From contig OZ024740.1 of NCBI GenBank assembly GCA_964016885.1, positions 413,540,001 through 413,604,000 on the forward strand: a DNA stretch of 64,000 nt, read 5' to 3'. Position 1 is the first letter of the stretch. Every line of letters begins with the position of its first letter. The notes below the pieces were generated by a model that saw only the letters and a program-made list of their open reading frames with translations, was not told the DNA's origin and did not search any database. Origin of the DNA: Eledone cirrhosa (lineage: Eukaryota). Shown here piece by piece: positions 1 to 11,910 of this stretch. Both the position numbers and the translations under genes were made by a program.

Positions 1-510
1 TCAATATAGCCTCTGTTTTCGGTATGTTTCTTTTTCCAGTTGATATATGTCTGTTCTGTATTCGATGTATTTGATGGGTAGTACATGGCAGTGTAGAAAG
101 CCTCAAGGACTTCTTTATTATCTTCCCTTGACCATTTTTCTCTCTTTTTCTTTGGATTTCTTGGTGGTGAGCATGGAGGGCCAACAGTAGGAGTATTCCG
201 GTTATGGGAGGTCTCCAGCTCCGAAGTGATGGGAAGGTTTGAACCATTAGCTGATTTTTCGACCCCAGTCTGGTTCCTCTCTGAGGGACGCGGCCCTTTT
301 TTACCCGGGTGACGGCAGATCCTGTATGAGATTTTATAATTAGACATTTACTTTATTTTGTCGCGTTTTATCCTTATCCGCCAAGGGGTAATCATTTCGT
401 GTTACCACTTCTAGAACAAGTGTCAACCAAGACTAGAGGGGTCGTTCTCCCTTAGAGACACGGCTATTCTCCGCCGGCCGCCATCCCGGTATTTCTTGGT
501 CACGGGGTTT
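1..510 (-). mobile_element. 5' part of R4/Dong-like RLE non-LTR retrotransposon, family B (runs off the window); ORF starts at ATG 347
   Basis: Near-identical reverse complement of 37275-37790. The frame from 347 reads MSNYKISYRICRHPGKKG...KKWSREDNKEVLEAFYTAMYYP and stays open to the window edge. Confidence 0.85.
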
Positions 511-595
511 TCTTTTTTGTTGTCTTTTTAAATTGTTATTATCATGAGTGGTTCCTTAATGTGAGCATTCCGTGGCTTAAGAATGAAATTATTAA

Positions 596-645
596 TAATT
601 GTCTCCACTCCAGGCACAAGGCCAGCAATCACCCAGTGCATTACA
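596..645 (-). mobile_element. 3' fragment of SINE family 1
   Basis: Matches the SINE 3' end seen at 8930-8977 (ggcacaaggccagcaat.acccagtgcattac). Confidence 0.6.
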
Positions 646-1084
646 ATAATATAATATACTTTTTGCTGAAGTTGCCTGTTATTGTTGTTGGCTATGCCGG
701 TGGTGGTGCTGGAGCTTTTTTATATTGTTGGTGAGGAAGGGGAAGCCAGCAGTGCCATAGTTGTTGCGTTTGGCCGGTGGCCAGGTCACTAAGTCAATCT
801 ATTTATATCTTTTGCTAGCCTCTCCCTTGTCTAGTGATACCGCCACCTTCCCCTTTCTTAAGTTAACAGGGGAATAGTGGTGGTAGCAATGATGGATGGA
901 GTGGTGGCGACGGTGGCGTTGTCGTTACTGAGTTTTGTTAAATAGACTAGTTTTGTTTGATCTGTAGTATCTATGCGTTTCTGTCGCGTATGTTAATATA
1001 TGTGTTGACATATTCTCTTAATATTGGATTTAAACATTTTGTTAAAACTTGACACAATAATAATAGTAATTATGATGCTGGGAT

Positions 1085-1465
1085 TGGTGGTGGCGGTGGT
1101 GGAATTGCCGTTATCTGGCTGTTATATTTAATGTACACAGCGGGGTGATGGGGTAGGTGGTGTATCTAGTTTCTGGTGTTGGTGAACTTGCTGTTATTTG
1201 GCTGTTCTATATAGTGTAGACAGAGGGGTTTTCTTCCATTTATAACCATTTTCTTTTTTGAATATAAAATATATGATACAAAATTGAATATTTGAGCGAT
1301 ATAACAATATATTATGGATCCGAATTTTATGAGACTTGATTCGGTGATTTATGCATCGTTTGTACAAAGAATTGTTATTTCACAATTGATTTAAATATGT
1401 TAAAAATCAAAAACTTACGGGAGCGATTTTATGACCTTCTACCACCACGTGCGTCTTCTTCCCTA
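1085..1465 (-). repeat. Leader module, paralogous to 8385-8763, starting right after a (TAA)n tract
   Basis: Colinear similarity to 8385-8763 (gccgttatctggctgtt, gtatctagtttctggtgttggtga, aaacttac.ggagcgattt, cgtgcgtcttc). Confidence 0.8.
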
Positions 1466-1522
<57 letters not shown>

Positions 1523-1528
1523 GTTATT
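1466..1528. repeat. (ATT)n microsatellite, target/tail of the R4-like element
   Basis: Direct reading. Confidence 0.95.
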
Positions 1529-4185
1529 ACTCTTTCAGTCTCAGTCATTGATGTTAGTTAACTGGAAAGTTTGTTGAAATGAATATCAAGCCACTACCTG
1601 CAGCCTCAGATATTCAGGACGTATCGGAGGGTTCTTGGTGTTCCCAGCAAGCATGCCTTTTGAAGCGTTCAAAAAAGCGTGAAGGGGCCAATTTTCTTTA
1701 ACCATCCCTGGAAACTTTTGGAGATAGTGCCTAGTGCGCCTATGGCAATCGGGATCACTTTGACTTCATGGCAGTTCCAAATCCTTTTTACCTCCCACTT
1801 TAAGTCCTGGTATCGGTTAATTTTCTCCCTCTCCTTCTCTTGCACTCTCGTGTCGAATGGGCAGGCCACATCCACAATCAGGCACGATCTTTTTTCTTTG
1901 TCCTAAACCACCAGGTCAGGTCTATCGTATTCCAGTTTCTTGTCCGTCTGTATCCTAAAATCCCACAGCACCTTCACCTGATCGTTTTCTATCACCGACT
2001 CTGGCTTATGCTCATACCACTTCTCAGAATGTGGTAAATTGTTTACTTTGCATAGGTGCCAGTGGATCACCCTGCCCATCACATTATGTCTCCCGCCCTT
2101 ATAGTGAGTCTGGGCTAGGTGTTTACACTCGGATACAATGTGAGCCACAGTCACCTCTCTCCACAGATTCTGCACAGTGGGCTAGCCTCCTCCTTGTAAA
2201 TGTGGTGTTTCAACCACTTCGTTTTGAGGGCCTGCTGCTGCGCAGCCATTATCATTCCTTCTGTTGCCTTTTTAAGGTCTCCTCTTTTCAACCAGTTACA
2301 TGTCTGTGGATCTCTAAATTCAGTTTTCTCAAAGAAGGTACTATGAAAAGATTTTTCCTGAAGGCTGCTCTGTCTCCTTGATGTTATTTCCTCCTTGGAC
2401 ATTCCCTGGCCTATTGTCCCCTCCTTCAGTACAGTTCTGAGCATTGGCTCCTTACTATCAGTCACGTATTTGTGTAGGTTGTTTTTCTCCATCTGAACAC
2501 AGTCCTCTATGCTGATAAGACCTCTTCCACCTTCAGATCTCCTTAAGTAGAGTCTATCGACGTCACTCCTCTTGTGGTACATATTGTAGATAGTCAATAG
2601 CTTCCTAGTCTTCCTATCCATTTCTTTTTGTTCAGCAACATTCCATCTCAGAATTCCCGCGCTGTACCTAATAATAGACAGAGCTCGGGTATTTACTGCA
2701 CTTATGGCATTCCTACTGTTCAGATGTGACTTTAATACGCTCCTTACTCTCCGAAGGTATTCAGTTCTTATCAATTCCTTCATTTTTTTGTTCTTGATGT
2801 CATCAGCCTCCAGAACGCCCAAATACTTGTATCCTTCCTCAGAGTCAATTTCCTTTACTATCTCACCTGTTGGTATCTGGATTCCGTTACTTCTGCTCAA
2901 CTTACCCTCCTCATCACAATGACTCCACATTTACTAATCCCAAATTGCATACATATATCATTGCTGAAAATACGGACAGTGTCAACAAGCACATCCAACT
3001 CCTTCTCACTTTTCCCGAAGAGCTTAAGATCGTCCATGAAGAGGAGGTGATTGATGGTAAGCTCTCCCTTTCCCAACTTGTATCCTGCTCTCACTTTTCG
3101 CAGCATAATGGTCAAGGGCATCAGGGCAAGGACAAACAACAGAGGGGACAGGCTATCTCCCTGGAAGATACCTCTCTTGATCTTCACGCTTCCCAAGGAT
3201 TCTCCAGTTGATGTTAGCTCTGTTTCCCAGGACTTCATACTTTTGCCCCACAACTGTCTGATGTTATCTGCCACCTTGAAGATCTTCAGGCTTTTGGTGA
3301 TCCAAGAATGAGGCACCATGTCAAATGCATTTTTGTAGTCTATCCATCCCATGGCAAGACCAGTGTGTCTCCTCTTGCAATTCCTCGTTACCATCTTATC
3401 AATAAATAACAGGTCTTTTGTACCACGTGACTTCTTTCGGCATCCTTTCTGTTCGTCCGGTAACAAGTTGTTTGTGTGGAGGTGATGGTAGATTTCCTCA
3501 GACACAATGCTCGTCAACAGTTTCCACATTACGGACAGACATGTGATAGGTCTATAGTTGGTAACATCATTACCCTTGATTCGGTCTTTCATTATCAGAA
3601 CTGTGGTACCTTTTGTCAACCACTCTGGTACCTCACCTGACATCAAGCAGTCATTGAACATGGTTGTCAGTTTCGGGTGGAGGGATGTTATATTTTTAAT
3701 CCAATACCCCTGCACACCATCTGGGCCAGGTGATTTCCAGTTGGTTAGTTTTTTGGCCTGCCCCTTAAGAGTTTCAACTGTGATACTCAAATCAGTTTGT
3801 TGGTGTGCCTGTTCACTGATCTCCTTCTGTACTGTCTCAGTCCACACTGCCTGGTCATTATGTTAAACATCCTGCTCCCATATTCCTCTCCAGAATGTTT
3901 TAGTTTGTTCCGCCTCAGGGATCAAGTCGTTGCCTCTTTCTTTTCCTTCAAGCTGTCCAAACAGCATCTTCTGGTTGTTGTCGAACATGCGGTTCTGTTT
4001 ACACTGACTGACTCTGTTCTCGTATCGCCTGATTTTTGCACTCTTTGCTACAATGCGTTGCTTCAGTTCCTCTATGATAATATTTAGCTTTTGCCTCCTA
4101 GTTTTATACTTTATTTCCAGTCTATTTTTAGTGTCTATATTTTTTAGTGTCCCATTCAGTAGGGACTCAAGCTTTCCAATGTCAT
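1529..4185 (-). mobile_element. R4/Dong-like retrotransposon family A, 5'-truncated and frameshifted copy A1
   Basis: ORF pieces 2897-3847 (RT: GIFQGDSLSP, FMDD), 2151-2930, 1903-2175 and 1669-1875 (CCHC knuckle CRICGER..HIVSEC, RPDLVV..DVACP restriction-like endonuclease); (TAA)n on both sides. Confidence 0.93.
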
Positions 4186-4228
4186 TATTATTATTGTTAT
4201 TATCATTATTATTATTATTATTGATGTT

Positions 4229-7200
4229 ATTCCTTGAATCTCAGTCATTGATGTTGGTTAACTGGAAAGTCCGTTGGAATGAATATCAAGCCACTACCTG
4301 CAGCCTCAGATATTCAGGACGTATCGGAGGGTTCTTGCTGTTCCAAGCAAGCATGCGTTTTGAACCGTTCCAAAAAGCGCGATGGGGCCGATTTTCTTTA
4401 ACCATCCCTGGAAACTTTTGGAGATAGTCCCCAGTGCGCCTATGACAATCGGGATCACTTTGACTTCATGGCAGTTCCAAATCCTTTTCACCTCCCACTT
4501 TAGGTCCTGGTATCGGTTAATTTTCTCCCTCTCCTTCTCTTGCACTCTCGTGTCGAAAGGGCAGGCCACATCCACAATCAGACACGATCTTTTTTCTTTG
4601 TCCACAACCACCAGGTCAGGTCTATTGTGTTCCAGTTTTTTGTCCGTCTGTATCCTAAAATCCCACAGCACCTTCACCTGATTGTTCTCCATCACCGCCT
4701 CTGGCCTATGCTCATACCATTTCTCAGAATGTGGTAAACTGTTTACTTTGCACAGGTGCCAGTGGATCACCCTGCCCAACTCATCGTGTCTCCAGCCCTT
4801 ATAGTGGGTCTGGGCTAGGTGTTTACACTCGGACACAATGTGAGCCACAGTCTCCTCTCTCTCTCCACAGATCCTGCACAGTGGGCTAGCCTCCTCCTTG
4901 TAAATATGGTGCTTCAACCACTTCGTTTTGAGGGCCTGCTCCTGCGCAGCCATTAGCATTCCTTCTGTAGCCTTTTTGAGGTCTCCTCTTCTCAACCAGT
5001 TCCATGTCTGTGGATCTCTAAATTCAGTTTTCTCAAAGAAGGTACTATGAAGAGATTTTCCCTTAAGGCTGCTCTTCCTCCTTGATGTTATTTCCTCCTT
5101 GGACATCCCCTGGCCTACTGTCCCCTCCTTCAGTACAGTTCTGAGCATTGGCTCCTTACTATAGGTCACGTATTTGTATAGGTTGTTTTTCTCCATCCGA
5201 ACACAGTCCTCTATGCTGATAAGACCTCTTCCAACCTCGGATCTCCTTAGGTAGAGTCTATCGACATCACTCCTCTTGTGGAACATGTTGTAGATAGTCA
5301 ATAGCTTCCTAGTCTTCCTATCCATTTCTTTTTGTTCAGCAACATTCCATCTCAGAATTCCCGCACTGTACCTAATAATAGACACAGCTCGGGAATTTAC
5401 TGCGCTTATGGCATTTCTGCTGTTCAGATGTGACTTCAATACGCTCCTTACTCTCCGAATGTATTCAGTTCTTAACAATTCCTTCATTTTTTTGTTCTTT
5501 ATGCCATCAGCCTCCAGAACGCTCAAATACTTGTATCCTTCCTCAGAGTTAATTTCCTTTATCATCTCACCTGTTGGTATCTGGATCCCGTTACTTCTGC
5601 TCACCCTACCCCTCCTCATCACAATCACTCCACATTTACTAATACCAAACTGCATACATATATCACTGCTGAAAATACGGACAGTGTCAACAAGCACATC
5701 CAACTCCTTCTCACTTTTCCCGAAGAGCTTAAGATCGTCCATGAAGAGGAGTTGATTGATGGTAAGCTCTCCCTTTCCCAACTTGTATCATGCTCTCACT
5801 TTTCGCAGCATAATGGTCAAGGGCATCAGGGCAAGGACAAACAACAGAGGGGACAGGCTATCTCCCTGGAAGATACCTCTCTTGATCCTCACGCTTCCCA
5901 AGGATACTCCAGTTGATGTCAACTCTGTCTCCCAGGACCCCATACTCCTGCCCAGCAACTGTCTGATGTTATCTGCCACCCTGAAGATCTCCAGGCTTTT
6001 GGTGATCCAAGAATGAGGCACCATGTCAAATGCCTTTCTGTAGTCTATCCATCCCATGGCAAGATCAGTGTGTCTCCTCCTGCAATTCCCCATTACCATC
6101 TTATCAATAAGTAACTGGTCCTTTGTACCACGTGAATTCTTTCGGCATCCTTTCTGTTCGTCCGGTAACAAGTTGTTTGTGTGGAGGTGATGGTAGATTT
6201 CCTCAGACACAATGCCCGTCAACAGTTTCCACATTACGGACAGACATGTGATAGGTCTATAGTTGGTAACATCATTACCCTTGATTCGGTCTTTCATTAT
6301 CAGAACTGTGGTACCTTTTGTCAACCACTCTGGCACCTCACCCGACACCAAGCAGTCATTGAACATGGCCGTCAGCTTCGGGTGGAGGGATGTTAAATTT
6401 TTAATCCAATACCCCTGCACACCATCTGGGCCTGGTGATTTCCAGTTGGTTAGTTTTTTGGCCTGCCCCTTAAGAGTTTCAACTGTGATACTCAAATCAG
6501 TTTGTTGGTGTGCCTGCTCACCGATCTCCCCCTGTACTGTCTCAATCCACCCTGCCTGGACATTATGTCTAACATCCTGCTCCCATATTCCCCTCCAGAA
6601 TGTTTTAGTTTGCTCCGCCCCAGGGATCAAGTCGTTGCCTCTTTCTTTCCCCTCAAGCTGTCCAAACAGCATCTTCTGGTTGTTGTCGAACATGCGGTTC
6701 TGTTTATACTGACTGACTCTGTTCTCGTATCGCCTGATTTTTGCACTCTTTGCTACAATGCGTTGCTTCAGTTCCTCTATGATAATATTTAGCTTTTTCC
6801 TCCTAGTTTTGTACTTTATTTCCAGTCTATTTTTAGTGCCTATGTTTTTTAGTGTCCCATTCAGTAGTGATTCAAGCTTTCCTATGTCATTTCTCATTTC
6901 CCCGATTTGACCACTCAGTCGTTTCTCCAACCACGGCTCTGCTCTTTCTTGTCTTTTGTTTCCTCTCGCTTTTATACCAAGTAGTTTCCTCACCGTATTT
7001 GCTGTTGCTTTGAGGATATTGTTGCACTGGTGAAGGCTCCTCGCCTCAAGGTATGGGATGACTTTGTTTACCTTAGCTGTTGTTTCTTTTAACTTTTTCC
7101 TGTCTACAAATCTTAGGTTCATAGGTCTCCCACTATCATTGTTCAATTCATCTACCACTAAATTTAGGATGTCAACCGAATCTTGTCCTAGCCCGTCAGC

Positions 7201-8763
7201 ATTTATCTCCTCAGTGGCCGTATCTCTGTTCCAGGTATTATTTATCTCAGTATTCAGATCATTGTCTGCTTCGGGTGGTTCCTCCGTTCTCAGGACCTCT
7301 TCACCTTCATTTCCCACTGGCTCGCTTGTCTGGCATACTACACCCGCCATCTCCAAGCCATTCTCTCTGCTCAGTTCCTCCAGTTCCAGCTCGCTTATCC
7401 ACCCATTAGTTCTTATTACCCGAGCCTGCCCGGCCAATTTTTGTTCATCTAATTTAAATAGACTAATCTCGTTCCAGATGTTATGCATCCGTCTCCTGTA
7501 GCCCCTCTCCTTGGGGTTACTTTTCAGGTAACATTGCATAACAGTTCTATTCAATTCTTTCGTCCAGTTGGTTCTGGCCCCTTTCCTTCTTCTTCCTCCA
7601 ACATCAGCAGTATTTGGTTGACAGTCAGGTTCCTGCTGCTGAGCCAGGAGCAACCTGTTGGGTGAGAGTCTGTCACATGACGTTCTAGTCTCCATTTCAC
7701 CGTTATTCGAACTGTTTATGTTCGATATTTAAACACTCTTATCGAGGATTGGCGAATGTATGGTTACATAGCCATCTGTGGATTCGCCGTTCCACTTGGC
7801 CCTTGTGTGGCATTATCACCACGCTGTATACGAACACACATAAACAAACAAACACACAGGCAGAAAGGGCCCCGAAAATGCATAAGCATAAGTTTCATTG
7901 TAATGTAGTGTTCGAATGTCTGACTTAGTTTTTGTTTGTTTAGTTTTAGTTTTTCCCCCCTCTTCTCTGTCCGTCCGCCTGCTTCTCTCTTCATTCTTAT
8001 TTTCTTTACGTTTTTTGTTTTTTTGGTTTTTGTTTTTCTCTGTTTGTTTTTCTCGTTTTTTGCTGTTGTTGCTGTGCTGCTTTGGTTTTGTTGTTTGTTT
8101 TTTCTTTTTTCTTTTGAGTCTATCTATATATTTTGATGCCTTCCACTTTTTTAGTAGTAGGAATTCTATAATGTGGTGGCAGCAGCCAGCTGGGAGAGGT
8201 GGGAGGCTGGCGGCGGTAGCGATACTGAGACAGTGGTGGTGGTGATGTCGATACCGAGGCAGTGGTGGTGGTGATGTGGTCGTATTACTGTAGTGATGGT
8301 GTTGTAGCGGTGGTAGCAGTGAAGGAGTGAAGGAGTGGTGGCGGCGGTGATGGGATAGTGGTGGTAATGATGGCAGTAGTGAGCGGTGGTGGTGAAATTG
8401 CCGTTATCTGGCTGTTGTGTTTAGTGTACACAGGTGATGAGGTGGGTGGTGTATCTAGTTTCTGGTGTTGGTGAGTTTGGCTGTTCTATATAGTGTAAAC
8501 AGAGGACAGGAGGGGGGGATCTTCTTCCATTTATAGCCATTTTCATTTTTGGATATACAGTGTACAATACAAAGTTGAATATTTGAATATTTGAGCCTTA
8601 TAACAATATATTTTGGGTCCGAATTTTTTTGGGCTCAAGCCGGGTGCTTAACGTAGCATTTGTACTAAGAGTTGTTATTTCACAAATGATTTAAATATGT
8701 TAAAAATTCAAAACTTACTGGAGCGATTTCATGACCTCCGCCACCTCGTGCGTCTTCCTCCCT
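4229..8763 (-). mobile_element. R4/Dong-like retrotransposon family A, apparently full-length copy A2 with about 1 kb leader
   Basis: Single-ORF architecture (Myb-like N-terminus TNWTKELN, RT, CCHC, PD-D/ExK nuclease); TAA tracts at 4184-4228 and 8764-8783. The 5' boundary is inferred from the TAA junction. Confidence 0.88.
4306..7695 (-). pseudogene. RT/RLE polyprotein ORF (1129 codons) with one premature stop
   Basis: ORFs 5788-7695 and 4306-5781 are in the same frame. TGA at 5788-5790 corresponds to GGA (Gly) in sister copies. Confidence 0.9.
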
Positions 8764-8788
8764 TATTATTATTATTATTATTATATAT

Positions 8789-8974
8789 AGGGCGGTAGAT
8801 TGGCAGTATCGGTAGAGGGTCGGACGCCATGCTTTCCAGCATAGTTACGTCCCTTTACGATCTGAGTTCAAATCCCGCCGAGGTTGACTTTGCCTTTCAT
8901 CCTTACGGGGTCGATAAAATAAAGTACCAGTAATGCACTGGGTAATTGCTGGCCTTGTGCCTAAAGTAGAAACA

Positions 8975-8977
<3 letters not shown>
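8789..8977 (+). mobile_element. tRNA-derived SINE family 1 (probable Meta-type central domain), full length
   Basis: A-box-like tggcagtatcggt, B-box gagttcaaatcc, central gactttgcctttcatccttacggggtcgataaaataaagtacc, (ATT)n tail; many copies in the window. Confidence 0.88.
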
Positions 8978-9026
<49 letters not shown>

Positions 9027-9161
9027 TCCTCATCCTCCTCCGCTTCTTCTTCTTCTTCTTCTTCTTCTTCTTCTTCTTCTTCTTCTTCTTCTTCTTCTTC
9101 TTCTTCTTCTTCTTCTTCTTCTTCTTCTTCTCTTCCCTTTTCTTCTTCTGCTTCTTCTTCT
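8975..9161. repeat. (ATT)n plus (CTT)n microsatellite
   Basis: Direct reading. Confidence 0.95.
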
Positions 9162-9164
9162 TGA

Positions 9165-9520
9165 GTCATGGGAGCAGAATCTTAACACGAATACCAAAGT
9201 TATCGAGTTTGGCTTTTACACTTACTTCTAAAGACCTCCTGTCTGCATTACTGCAACAGCTCCGGCAATTCTTGCACTTACTTCAGTCTACTGCTTTCCC
9301 TCACATGTGTACATGACACCAAGCTACTTCAGTGGAACTTCACTCACACGAACAGAGCTTCCTTGAGAGGACGAATGTCTCTGCCGTACAGCACCGGCAG
9401 CAATCCTATCAGGTTCATATCAGAGATCACCTCGTGCCGAGTTACTGACAGTTTTTCTTGTTTCTTGATGTGTTCGTTACATTCATTGTTCATAGGATAT
9501 CCACATTTCCCCCTGCCAGG
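9165..9520 (-). mobile_element. Highly decayed RTE-like LINE RT fragment
   Basis: Minus strand reads approximately LGVMYTCEGKQ..EVSARIAGAVAVM..VSVKAKL, resembling the RTE post-RT KYLG..E..RI..KAKL region. Confidence 0.4.
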
Positions 9521-10227
9521 GATATTATAGTATGTGTAATGGCAATATACCTTTTTTCTCAGGAAAGCCTAGATGAATTATGACAATTATCATATCAATA
9601 TTCTTTATCTAATCAATAAATACTATATCACAAGTCTACAACTTTTAGGGAAACGGTTTAGACTCTCTGGCCAATCCTATATTTGTCTGGTAGTAATGTA
9701 ATCACACCAAGAATGATGCTTCCGTTGGTGGTATGAGCAATTATTTCAATACTAAAATATATCGTAATTATTTGATCGCTAATAAATCAATACCGGTATT
9801 GTTATAACTCAATATCTTGTGAAATAAAACATTCTGCCAGAACTCTACGATCTCTACCATTCGATAGCCTTATGCCACTATGATTAATAGCATGTAATTT
9901 AGCAACCACCGAGACAAAAATAGGAAGCAAGTTACTGCTGTTAAATGAATTCAGAAAACAACATAATATTTTTCTAATTGGAAGGTTTCATTTCTTTTCT
10001 TTCCACAAAAAGAAAAGACAACGTATTTAACATCTATGTTATAGCATACAACTAGAACATATAAATAAATAAAATATTACTGTAACATTTAATGTGACCC
10101 ATACATATTTGGATTTGTAAAGTAAACCAAGGAACACTGTTAATTACTTGGGTAATATTGTCAACGACAGAAATCTGACACCAGATACATATAGATAGAT
10201 AGATAGATATGTAGTGAGGGAGACACA

Positions 10228-10293
<66 letters not shown>

Positions 10294-10316
10294 TACACAC
10301 ACACACACACACACAT

Positions 10317-10351
<35 letters not shown>

Positions 10352-10354
<3 letters not shown>

Positions 10355-10705
10355 GATATTAAATAAATGGAAACTATATTTATAAAACCATATTTATTTC
10401 ATTATATATATTTCAGGGATATCATATTAACAATATGTTATGCCTTCTTCAGACAAAATACAATATAGACAGTTTTATAAATAAATAGATTTGACATACC
10501 TTTCAACATCGACTTGCATTTGAAAAGTTGATTTGGCAGTTAATATGATATCCCTGAAATATATATAATGAAATAAATATGGTTTTATAAATATAGTTTC
10601 CATTTATTTAATATCGTAAATATACTCCAAATACTTGTTGAGTGCTTTTATATCAGTTATAAATATTTACTCGTTGTAACCCAACAATTTAAATATAACT
10701 TTTCA
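10352..10705. mobile_element. (TA)n-inserted hammerhead element, family F1, with inverted arms 10352-10430 and 10539-10618
   Basis: About 79-bp inverted repeat, TA tracts on both sides, homologous to 22050-22350 and 23321-23466. Confidence 0.8.
10395..10460 (-). ncRNA. Type I hammerhead ribozyme
   Basis: tattttgt-CTGAAGA-agg..catatt gtt aatatg..cct-GAA-atatatat-A-atgaaata; stem I is 8 bp with 2 GU pairs; palindromic stem III. Confidence 0.75.
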
Positions 10706-10776
10706 TATATATATATATATATATATACATAGTGAGGAAACATAAGTCAATTGCATGAACTTATAATCCTTTATTT

Positions 10777-10813
10777 ACTGCTATATATATTTCGATGATA
10801 GCCATCAGGCAGT
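10777..10813 (-). ncRNA. Degenerate hammerhead (stem II collapsed)
   Basis: actgc-CTGATGG-ctatcatc-GAA-atatatat-A-gcagt; same stem I and nearly the same stem III as 16904-16958. Confidence 0.5.
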
Positions 10814-11606
10814 TAGTCAGTTGTTAGATATGCCAGCTCTGTGTTTATAGTGTTGATGGTATCAGAGCCTTGGGACATATATATATGTAATCTCAGTCGA
10901 TGTTGCAATAGAACCAAGACGAGAAACGCGTATCAGATAACACACTGTATATACACATAATAAGCTCTGTTTTGTGAATAATTGAAACATTCGTCCGCAG
11001 AAATATACTGAGTAGGTCATCATGAGCTGCCCTCGATATATGTTTATCATAATATTAATAGACCTATACAGTTCTCTAAACTGATTACGATATTTCACAT
11101 GCTGTTTGTTTACCGACAAAAAGAGCCACAAATCGGATCTAATCAATGACAGATATTAACACTTAACAAGCCCTGCCCAACAGGCATTTAATTGCTTTAT
11201 TTCACAGAAATACCGTTTGAATTTCGGGGTCGATTAGCATACAGGAAACCAATCAATTTCTTTTTTGTAAATATAGCTGATAACACCTTCTAACCAGTAG
11301 AGTACAAAAAAATCATTAAATTGCATCTTTCGGATATAGTATATTACTAAATGTAAGAGTTGTTTCCGATGCTCAAGGTTATATTGAGAGAAACATATTA
11401 AAACTCTTATTCCATATACTAAAATGAGATAATATTAATTCCATAAAGATATTGCAATTTAAAATTCTATTGGTTTTCTTATCGCTTTAAATAGTAATCG
11501 TGTATAATATGCATTTATTACCGGTATCACGAAAAACCCAAAAGCATATCTAAGGAACTACGTCTAAAAAGAAATATATTCATTATTACTTCTTTATACG
11601 GTCTAA

Positions 11607-11750
<144 letters not shown>

Positions 11751-11867
11751 ATATATATATGGGGGATATTTTGAGTAGTGTTTATATACGTACATAACAA
11801 TTTATGAGGACATACATACATATACATATATGTCTATGTATGTGTGCGTATTACTAATAAAAATACA

Positions 11868-11910
<43 letters not shown>

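Noticed and set aside
1679-7665. Plus-strand ORFs over the R4 copies
   Set aside because: They are antisense shadows of the retrotransposon ORF.
7740-7800. HDV-like ribozyme in the family A leader (ggcgaat/attcgcc stem)
   Set aside because: Only a simple hairpin could be formed; no nested double pseudoknot was identified.
8845-9316. ORFs with poly-I, poly-F, poly-E and poly-N runs, and the many YIYI, HTHT and RERE ORFs across the window
   Set aside because: They are translations of microsatellites.
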